In this document: in pieces, positions 1-8,300 of the stretch
Numbering within the stretch: position 1 is the first letter of the stretch
Layout: each line of letters starts with the position of its first letter
NCBI GenBank assembly: GCA_000002435.2
Contig: CM018790.1
Origin: Giardia intestinalis
Lineage: Eukaryota
DNA: 64,000 nt
Reading direction: 5' to 3' (one strand)
Notes under the pieces: model-generated
What the model was told of the DNA's origin: nothing
The model's database searches: none
What the model saw: only the letters and a program-made list of their open reading frames with translations
Position numbers and translations under genes: made by a program

Positions 1-1942
1 CTTCAGCACGTGTGTACACGTCATATACATAAAGATAGCTACCAGATCCTGCAACCAACAGATTTCCTGCATTAGTGAAGCACAGGGACTTGCAAAATGG
101 TATTGGAAACTGATGGATCTTCTCCACCCGATCATAGTAGATCACACAGAACAGCACATACTCCGACGAAGCAATGGCTACGTAATTACCAGAGGGGTGT
201 ATAGCACAGACACCAAGAACTTCGTTGAACTTACTATATGATTTCTCAACGAGGGTACTGGCATGGAAGAGCCTCACAATGCGATCCGTGGTCACTATGA
301 TAAGGTTGTCCGAGGAGGGACATGTCGCCATGGCAAATATGTTTCCATTGGTCATGACTGGCTTCAAGAGATAGAGCTCCTGATTAGTGGATGCGTAGGG
401 GTCTAGTAGAAAATTATGCAACTCCAGATGCTCATTATGGTTGAGAACGCCCACTGCATCAAAATTGATAGCCATTTCATTATAGTCCACTATTTCCCCT
501 AGCAATCGGGTGGAATCGGTAGTGAGTGTCTTCTTATCTTCTCCTGCTCCTACTGCAGCGACAGCGGCGACAGTGCCAGATTTATCGGCCTTCTGTGCGA
601 CTTGACATGCCCTTTGTCTGTCCAGCTCATCAATTCGCTTGGTAATCGCTTGCATATTGACAGCGAAAATGATCTTAAACATGTCCGATCCACCGAGACA
701 GAGTACACTCCGCTCGTTGGTTGTCAGGTGGACAGAGTGGAAGTGGAACGGTGGGCTGACCCGAGAGAGGATGTGATCGATAATAGCCCCTGCTGAGTAA
801 GAAAGGAGATGCTTGAAGACATGCTCTAGGTTCAACTTTCCCTCTATCTTTGCAGAATTCCCATAGACAACAGATGTGATGAAGTTGCAGATAGGACTCA
901 TAAGGACTCCGTAAATGTTCAGTATGCCTCCATAGCAGAATGTGGCAAGATAGCAGACGCTACGTTCTTCCTGCTTTACCTCTTCTGCTATCCTATCGAA
1001 GATTCGGACAGAGTTCATTGTGCCAGTTGTGACAGAAGAGCCTGTTGCAGACTCTGCGGAGCGAAGGCCATTTGGGCCATTGCCACCGGGGAAAATTAGG
1101 GCAATATTAGAAATACTGATGTCTTTAAACGCTCTACATTTGAACTCAGAGATGACGGTGTTGTTATACATGATCAGAATGGTACCTTCTGAAGTGCTAA
1201 TAAATATAAGCCTGTCCGTGTCCAGAGGAAGCAGAGGAAATCTTTTCTTTAAGTGGATATTTATGTAATTCAAGTCTGTGAATGTGCGCTTCCCCGGGAG
1301 CAAGGACAGCCCCGAAGGAGGGAGGATCTTTGCACTGGAGTCCCCCAGCTTGATGCATCGCAACACCGGACCAGAGCAGATGACCAGATCCTTGTCGGAT
1401 AATTTAAGGACTTTAATCTTAGAGAAGATGCGCATCTGTGCCATTTGATTCCCCCCTCCACCGACTCCCACAGCCGAGTCGCTAAAGAGATTTTCATGGC
1501 AAATGGTTAGGCTAAAACTAGGTGTGGCTGACTTGCTTTCGTTGTCGAAAATGCAAAAGGCATAGTCTGGAGAGCCAGTGATAACAAGCAACCTAGTGTC
1601 TGTTAAGAGATCTGCATAAAAAAGCGACGCACCAGGCTTGTCAGACACAACCATTCGATGCTTGAACACATAATTTAGCTGGCCCTTTAGCTCATAGAAC
1701 GCTACACTTGTTCCGTCCCGACGCTCTTCCGACACAATGAGTTTATCTCGGGACTCGCTGAAGACAAAGCATACGATGTTTTTCACTCCCTCTCCAAGGG
1801 GCAGCACTTTAACAGTGGACCCGTCAGTGATGTTCTGAAAGACGATGTGGAACCCAGAGAGATAAGCTGCAACCTCTCCTCCCAAATAGTATATGGACTG
1901 TGCTGTCCCAGAGTGTACGCCAAACGTTGTTGTGATAGACAT
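1..1942 (-). CDS. Partial CDS with N-terminus at 1942 (ATG) and C-terminus beyond the window start. Hypothetical WD40/beta-propeller-like protein.
   Basis: Hand translation of the minus strand in the frame whose codon high coordinates are congruent to 1 mod 3. ATG at 1942-1940 is preceded by in-frame stops at 1975-1973 and 1987-1985. No stop found in the sampled stretches 1-180, 421-480, 601-660, 961-1020, 1201-1320, 1501-1560, 1621-1680, 1741-1942. The ORF track lists only complete ORFs, so this one is absent. The peptide contains motifs such as NAGNLLVAGSGSYLYVYDV typical of beta-propeller blades. The full frame was not scanned base by base. Confidence 0.55.
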   Translation of the reverse strand, partial: MSITTTFGVHSGTAQSIYYLGGEVAAYLSGFHIVFQNITDGSTVKVLPLGEGVKNIVCFVFSESRDKLIVSEERRDGTSVAFYELKGQLNYVFKHRMVVSDKPGASLFYADLLTDTRLLVITGSPDYAFCIFDNESKSATPSFSLTICHENLFSDSAVGVGGGGNQMAQMRIFSKIKVLKLSDKDLVICSGPVLRCIKLGDSSAKILPPSGLSLLPGKRTFTDLNYINIHLKKRFPLLPLDTDRLIFISTSEGTILIMYNNTVISEFKCRAFKDISISNIALIFPGGNGPNGLRSAESATGSSVTTGTMNSVRIFDRIAEEVKQEERSVCYLATFCYGGILNIYGVLMSPICNFITSVVYGNSAKIEGKLNLEHVFKHLLSYSAGAIIDHILSRVSPPFHFHSVHLTTNERSVLCLGGSDMFKIIFAVNMQAITKRIDELDRQRACQVAQKADKSGTVAAVAAVGAGEDKKTLTTDSTRLLGEIVDYNEMAINFDAVGVLNHNEHLELHNFLLDPYASTNQELYLLKPVMTNGNIFAMATCPSSDNLIIVTTDRIVRLFHASTLVEKSYSKFNEVLGVCAIHPSGNYVAIASSEYVLFCVIYYDRVEKIHQFPIPFCKSLCFTNAGNLLVAGSGSYLYVYDVYTRAE

Positions 1943-2196
1943 TCCGGCCTTGCAGTGACTAAACTGGCACTCCTACAAGCGGATTTAATCTTTAGATTCC
2001 CTAAAATTGTCTGGCATTTATCTGGCATCAGAATTTGCCATAAATATTAAATTTCAGCATTTCACTTCACATGTCATATAAAATTTAAAAATATAAGTCA
2101 TGAAGTCATGTATCATCAAAATAGAAGAAATTAGTGTTATGCAACGCTCGGAAAAACCTGAAAAAACTAAAAACTGCGGCAGCGGTCTGGCGATCC

Positions 2197-3219
2197 ATGG
2201 CTACTCATCCACTGCCTAAGGACTACGAATTTATCTCGCAGATTGGCGAGGGGACCTACGGGACTGTTAGTAAGTGTTCTCTCCACGGGCAGTTGCTTGC
2301 GGTGAAACGTATCAAGATGGATTCGTCCTCCAAAGGGGTTCCGGCTACGACGCTCCGCGAGGTGGCGATTCTGAAGGCCCTCAATGCGAAACAGCGTGAG
2401 TTGGTGGAGCAAGGAAAGCTTGAAAGTCTGTCACAGGCGAATGTGGTTAATCTTTTAGACGTTGTTTATGACTTGAGCAACATATTTCTAGTTTTTGAGT
2501 ACTGTCACGTTGACCTAGATCAGTATCTCAAACACAATGTCCTGTCTCCTTACCAGATAAAAAAGTTCATGTACCAGCTCCTCCAGGGCCTCAGTTTGGT
2601 TCATAAGAACGAGATCTTGCATCGTGACATCAAGCCCAACAACATCTTGTTGGCCTTTCGCGGAGATGCAGGGGAACAATTGGCCGCCAATGCGTCTGTG
2701 ACTACGCCGAATCCGGACGCAGACAATTGTGTTTTGAAGATTACGGACTTCGGCCTTGCACGGTCATACGGCATAAACGTGACGTCCATCTCGGCCAATG
2801 TCGTCTCCCTGTGGTACCGGGCTCCCGAGCTTGTTCTAGCCTCGAAGACGTACTCCACGGCTGTCGACATGTGGTCCATGGGGTGCATAATGTACTTCCT
2901 TGCGAATAAGAGGGCCCTGTTTCAGGTTCGAAAGGATGCAGATCTGCTGCAGCTGGCGTTTAGCTACTTCTATGTCGACTCCTCTTCTATTTCTGACCTC
3001 ATTTCTCTGCCCAACTGGAATATGTACGTTGGAGAGAACCAGGTCATCGACTTAGCGGCGCTCAATGCCCCGGGGCGCAAGCCCCGTGAGGTAGACATTA
3101 ACATAGATGACGTCGGTAAAGACCTCTTCTACAAGCTCCTGATGCTGAACCCCAGCAAGCGAATTTCGTGCGACGAAGCTCTCCAGCATCCGTGGTTCGA
3201 CGACCTAAAGAAGGGCTAG
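2197..3219 (+). CDS. CMGC-group Ser/Thr protein kinase, cyclin-dependent-kinase-like
   Basis: Gly loop IGEGTYGTV, VAVKRIK lysine, catalytic HRDIKPNNILL, DFGLAR, APE (WYRAPE), and the CDK-like tail DMWSMGCIM. The track start at 2134 is GTG, so I used the first in-frame ATG at 2197 (MATHPLPKDYEF...). AT-rich upstream region. Confidence 0.85.
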   Translation: MATHPLPKDYEFISQIGEGTYGTVSKCSLHGQLLAVKRIKMDSSSKGVPATTLREVAILKALNAKQRELVEQGKLESLSQANVVNLLDVVYDLSNIFLVFEYCHVDLDQYLKHNVLSPYQIKKFMYQLLQGLSLVHKNEILHRDIKPNNILLAFRGDAGEQLAANASVTTPNPDADNCVLKITDFGLARSYGINVTSISANVVSLWYRAPELVLASKTYSTAVDMWSMGCIMYFLANKRALFQVRKDADLLQLAFSYFYVDSSSISDLISLPNWNMYVGENQVIDLAALNAPGRKPREVDINIDDVGKDLFYKLLMLNPSKRISCDEALQHPWFDDLKKG

Positions 3220-3451
3220 TGGACTTGGCCAGTAGGTATGATCGGGGCCGTGAAAGCTCTAGATATGCTGCTGTGTTTACTAGCGTGGCGCTACCTGGCA
3301 CCACACAAGTCACCTATACGCTTTCACTTAATACAGTGAATTGGCTCCATCACCCCGTTTTTGTCTAGCCCCTTCCCGACTTGCGCCGTCTCTTGACGTT
3401 CTGGACCGGCTGGGTCGATAGTGCTGACGGGTGCTGCTCACCAAAGACGGA

Positions 3452-4006
3452 TCACTGGTTGAGGAGCTCGTAGTGGTCGATGTTGTCCGCATATCGCAGG
3501 ATCTTCCGCTTGATGCTGCTGTTGTTGGTCCAGGTAACAAAGTCCTCGTGTCCTCGCGTCACATGCAGCGCCGGATTCACCACGACATTCGGGCCCACTC
3601 GAACGTGCCCCTGCTTAACAAACCTGACTCCGTCTTGAATCTTTTGGACCATCTTGAGCTTCATCATTATGCAGGGCAACCGGCGGAGAAGCAGTGCAGA
3701 CGAGTTCAGTTTGGATATATCGTCAAGGCTGGCCTGGGCGTTATCCACGACCCCCATGTCATACAGGATACGAGATAAACGCCTGGTGAGCTCGATGCGC
3801 ACATTGTTGTCCTGTGGAAGCTGGGTCAAGAGCTCGACCATGTGACGGATCTTTCGCATAGTCTGACGGTAGGTAATAAGTTCGCGCCTATCATACACGC
3901 CATACTTGTTCATTGTTGCGCTGTCGATGATGCTATATGAATCCTTCCAGTCGTAGAGGCTTGTCTTCTTTAGAAGCTTCTCTTCATGGTACTTGAGGGC
4001 ACGCAT
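3452..4006 (-). CDS. IMP3: U3 snoRNP protein IMP3 (S4-domain, ribosomal protein S4/S9-like)
   Basis: 184 aa beginning MRALKYHEEKLLKKTSLYDWK with an S4 RNA-binding domain toward the C-terminus (RLP...VRVG...V). ATG verified at 4006-4004. Confidence 0.75.
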   Translation of the reverse strand: MRALKYHEEKLLKKTSLYDWKDSYSIIDSATMNKYGVYDRRELITYRQTMRKIRHMVELLTQLPQDNNVRIELTRRLSRILYDMGVVDNAQASLDDISKLNSSALLLRRLPCIMMKLKMVQKIQDGVRFVKQGHVRVGPNVVVNPALHVTRGHEDFVTWTNNSSIKRKILRYADNIDHYELLNQ

Positions 4007-4016
4007 TTTTTAATTG

Positions 4017-4409
4017 CTACTCCGTCTCTGGGCTACGCATGGCAAGCTGAGCCGTTATTGCCTCCATCTCGGCCCGATCTTCTTCGAAAAACTGACTGTC
4101 CAATGCATCTTGTTGCATATAAACGGCCAGCCTGGAGAGGCCGTGACACTCTCCCACTGGAGCCAGCAACGCACTGTAAAACGCCGGCTCTGTAAGCTTC
4201 TCGAGCATGTACAGTGCCCGTGGGTACTTTACGTAACACGAGTACTCAGGCCGTCTAACATATTGCAGATAGCGTAGATAGGCGCGAAAACTCTCATCTT
4301 CAAAGTATTGCGCATCTAACAGACTTTGGACGTATTCAAGGTTTGCTAGCAAATGCACAAACTCCAAGTCCGCCTGAAGCCTGATGTGATCCGGGGGAAG
4401 TGTCGCCAT
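4017..4409 (-). CDS. MED31: Mediator complex subunit 31 (SOH1 family)
   Basis: 130 aa with the LEFVHLLANLEYVQSLL...YLRYLQYVRRPEYSCYVKYP motif, matching the conserved MED31 core (ELEFVQCLANPNY...YLKYLLYWKEPEY...KYP). ATG verified. Confidence 0.75.
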   Translation of the reverse strand: MATLPPDHIRLQADLEFVHLLANLEYVQSLLDAQYFEDESFRAYLRYLQYVRRPEYSCYVKYPRALYMLEKLTEPAFYSALLAPVGECHGLSRLAVYMQQDALDSQFFEEDRAEMEAITAQLAMRSPETE

Positions 4410-4470
4410 TAATTGTTGGAAACCTTTCAGTTATAAATAAGGTTGCAAATATAGAAATATTAGGTTGAAG

Positions 4471-5265
4471 ATGGGCAAGGCGAAGTTGGCGCGCGACATT
4501 AAATCACTGATAAAGAACTACTACAAGACCTACGAAGAACTTGAAGCGGGCCTGCGTAAGGCAGGAGTCGAGTCCATGCAGATGGTCGTGGGCATAGATT
4601 TCTCGAAGTCAAACGAGTGGACTGGCGAAAAGAGCTATCGTAGAGCACTTCATGATGCTAGAGGAGGGGAGACGCCATACTCCAAGGCCATGCGCATTAT
4701 GTCTCGAGTAATCAGCAGATTCGACGACGACGACATCTACCCCGTGTACCGCTTCGGGTGCATTAACACTAAGGACAAGTCTGTCCTTCCTCTCCTGTAT
4801 CCTGATCAAGAAGACCCCCACTTCGAAGGCTTTGACGCCGTGAAGAGGGCGTACGAACACATCGCGCCCCAGATCGAGATGTCCGGCCCGACCACCTTTG
4901 CTCCGATGATCCGCCAGGCGATAGAGATATCTAAGGAATCCAATGGTCAATACATGATTCTCGTCCTGCTCACAGACGGTGACGTTTCAGACATGGTTGA
5001 GGATATGAAGGCGCTCCAAGAAGCGTCCAACTACCCCCTGAGTATCGTTGCTGTTGGTTTAGGCGATGGTCCGTTCGACAAAATGCACATTTTCGATGAC
5101 GATGTCCGTGGTCGCAAGTTCGACAACTTCCAGTTCGTGAACTTCACAGAGGTTGAAATGAAAGCAGGGAAGTGCGAGAACCCAGAACTGGTGCTTGCCA
5201 CCGCCATGATGCAGGAGATCCCCAGCCAGTTTGCTTTCATTAAGAAGCTAGGGTATCTCAACTAG
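4471..5265 (+). CDS. Copine-domain (vWA-like) protein, RGLG/copine family
   Basis: VVGIDFSKSNEWTG...SLH signature of the copine C-terminal vWA-like domain, with LLTDGDVSD later. The track start at 4465 is TTG, so I moved to the ATG at 4471 (MGKAKL..., a possible N-myristoylation context). Confidence 0.8.
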   Translation: MGKAKLARDIKSLIKNYYKTYEELEAGLRKAGVESMQMVVGIDFSKSNEWTGEKSYRRALHDARGGETPYSKAMRIMSRVISRFDDDDIYPVYRFGCINTKDKSVLPLLYPDQEDPHFEGFDAVKRAYEHIAPQIEMSGPTTFAPMIRQAIEISKESNGQYMILVLLTDGDVSDMVEDMKALQEASNYPLSIVAVGLGDGPFDKMHIFDDDVRGRKFDNFQFVNFTEVEMKAGKCENPELVLATAMMQEIPSQFAFIKKLGYLN

Positions 5266-5301
5266 CCGGAGTGAATGGTGGGAGAGCTTTATGCAAACTA
5301 C

Positions 5302-8300
5302 TTAATGTGCTACCGTTCGCTTGATCTTGAGCCTCACGGTCATTGTTTCTTTTGTGGTCGTCTTCTCCTGTGTAACCAGGTAAGACTGCCGCCTGTCGGG
5401 CTTTGGTATTGAATCTTTTGCATCTGTGCGGTGCTCTTCTTGCTGTCTGTGCTCGTACTCCTCCTGCTCATCCTCCACAGAGAAGAGGGCTAGGTGCTTC
5501 ACAGGCTTTTCGTGCCTAGTTGTCTTCCATATGTACTCCTCTATGCTGGCCACTGATTGGGGAGAGTCCCCGTGAATAAAGTGGACTTCACAAACTGTGT
5601 ATGACCTCATGGCCTTTTTGACCTCTGTCCAGACAACCTTGGCAGCCAGAAGGGTTTGTGAGCCCGGAGAAATGATGGTGAAAAGATCCGTGGAGCCAGT
5701 CCCCACCAGGTACACGTCGTCGACGTTTGTGGAGAGCTTGTAGACGAAGAGAGCGTTATAATTATGGCAGTACACAAGTGCAAGTTCGTTTTGAGGATCT
5801 ACAGAGATGAAGGATATGCAGGGGAGGATCTTGCCATAAGTCTTGTACTTATTAGAAGAGATTCCTAACAAAGGGTCATTCAGCTGGCTAAATGGCGGTA
5901 GCATGCTCAGCTTATAGCGCTCCGCCTTGTGCTCCAGGAAGTAATTGTATGCCTGCTCAAGAACCAGAGGCTTCTGCAGATTGAGGGCCTGGGTGGAGGA
6001 TTCGAGGAACTTAATCGTGAGGAAGCCAGGAGTGAAGCCATGAAGGACGGAAATATCGTTGCCTGTGGTTAGGCGAACCAGCACAATCGGGGATAAAGAA
6101 TAGGAAAAGTCGAAGAGACACTCACGCAGAGAAGCCAGGAGGGATTTCCGGTTAAGAACAGAGTTCTCAAGCGGAAGGGTGGTCAGAGGGCCTGCTCCGA
6201 TCAAGCTGTCTGTTGTCCGATCCAGTGTAGAAAGCCTCTGCATCTGGCAGACCAGCAGCTGTATGAACCGGGTGGAGTGGTGCCTCCAGACGTTCTGCTC
6301 ATGCCTCCTGACGTATTTAACAAACACGTAGATGGACCGAATGGAGAGCGTGGTCGGCGACTCAGATAAAATCTTCTGAGCATCCTCGAAGAAGCACTCG
6401 TGCAGATGGCATTGGCAAGCAGGGCCCTCACCCTTCTGTGCTCGGCTGGTGGTGCCTATACTGTTGTTAGATGCGTAAAGGCCCCTGTAGTACCCCGAGA
6501 TTCCTTTACAGCTAGAGACAAGAGCCGATGAGGCACCAACCAGCTCTTGCAGGGCAGTGGTCTTCAGCAGGATATGGCTGCACTGGGCTGGCATCAGCGT
6601 GGGTACTGCCGATGCATAGGTGCAGACCGTGCGGAGCAAGAAGGCCAGGTTAGTCAAAAAGTATGAGGCAAAGCCGGGAGAAAGACGCTTGAAGTCGGCA
6701 TCGGCAAAGTTGTTCCTAAAGTAGCACGCTATGGCTGTGGATTCATCTAGGGTTGCATCGAGAAGGGCTGTCACATGCTCTTCCAGACCTAGCTGTTCGC
6801 TTAGGTTCAAGTTCTTTATGAATGCCAGGGCTTCAAAAGCGAGCACAGCCTTGTAGAAGATCTCACGGTGAATGACCAGGATGTGTATAGGTGGGAGCTG
6901 CGTGCACAGCGTAAGCTTAAAGCTGAGCTCGCACACCTCGGTTGTTGCAAGTACCAGCGTGTTAAGGGTGTTCTTAGGGATGGCTTCTTCGAGAAGAAGC
7001 TTGGAGAGGCGTGCAGTGAGTAGCCGTAAAAATGCAACGGCCGCAAACTTAGAGAACGGCGAGCTAATAGCCAAGAACGGGAACACGAGACGCATAGAAG
7101 GAAGACGCCCCGGATTCGCCAACAAATAGCTTTCAATTGCAAACCCCAAAGCTGCGTCAATAGCTGATAGGAAGGGCCTTCGATCGGCCTCCTGGAGGAA
7201 CCTGTAGAGCACGCCTGCCATCACCAACACAGAGAGGCAACTGAGAGTGAAAGAGAGCTTGTGATTATAAAGGTGGTCCGGAGTAAGCTCTGTGAGCAGG
7301 CAATTGACAACTTCGCGGCAGTTGAGTAGGTCTGACGCGAAGAAGTCAAGGTGCTGACAGGCTGACGTTGAGGCGCGCCCAAGCTTGAGCCGGCTCCGTA
7401 GGCCCTCTGTTATGAACCCGTCTTTCTGAGCCATCACCATAAAGATGTTGTGGTAGAGCCTTTTCAACGGGGTAATTAGGATGGTCGCCAGAATTCGTTG
7501 TGTACTGTTATAGACCTGGAGGAACCCAAGGGAGTCCAGAGAGTAGTAGTCCGAGGGAAGATATGCCTCAACAACGGCCTCGAGCAAACTCGGTGTGGGG
7601 CTTGCAGCTGCATCATACATGACACTTAACATCTGACTAGTCGTCGAATACTTCGATGGAAGCCGTGGAGTAGCACTTATATGGTCAGCGATACTTTCGT
7701 TAGAACTAGACTCATTGTCGTCACTCTCCAATGCTGGCTGCAACTCATCAGATAGTACATGTGTGATAGCACTGCGCTCTTGCTGGAGCATCTCCGGAAC
7801 AACTGTGCTGCCAGCGTGTTGATGAGCGCGTGGAGACGTAGGGGCTTCCACGGAAACTCCCGCTGCTGGATACTCAAAAGCAAACCTGCTGATCATCGCA
7901 TCGACCCATGCCGGTGTCATAGGGACGCTGAGGCTGGCACTTGCACCAATAGTGTGATCTAGGCTGGGTGAGACAGCAAGCTCCTTCAGGATATTGTCTA
8001 TGCTCTCTAACTCAGCCCTATAGTCTATACTCTGCTTGCTTGTTGCCGAGGAGATGTTTATGCAGAGGCGAAGAAAGCGGTGCACCCTTCCTTTCATCGG
8101 CCGGATCGCATACTCTCCTGCATAGCCTTCTCTTCTCTTGAATGTGTCCAACTTCCTCTTCAAGGAGATTGCACTCGTCATGCCATCGTCGTGGAACTGG
8201 GAGCCGTGGGCAGACAGTGCGTAACTTCTGGTCGCGCTGGATTCAGAGAGGAGGTCGTCGGACATGTCGGTGTCATTATCAACGGAAACGTAGAGGGAGC

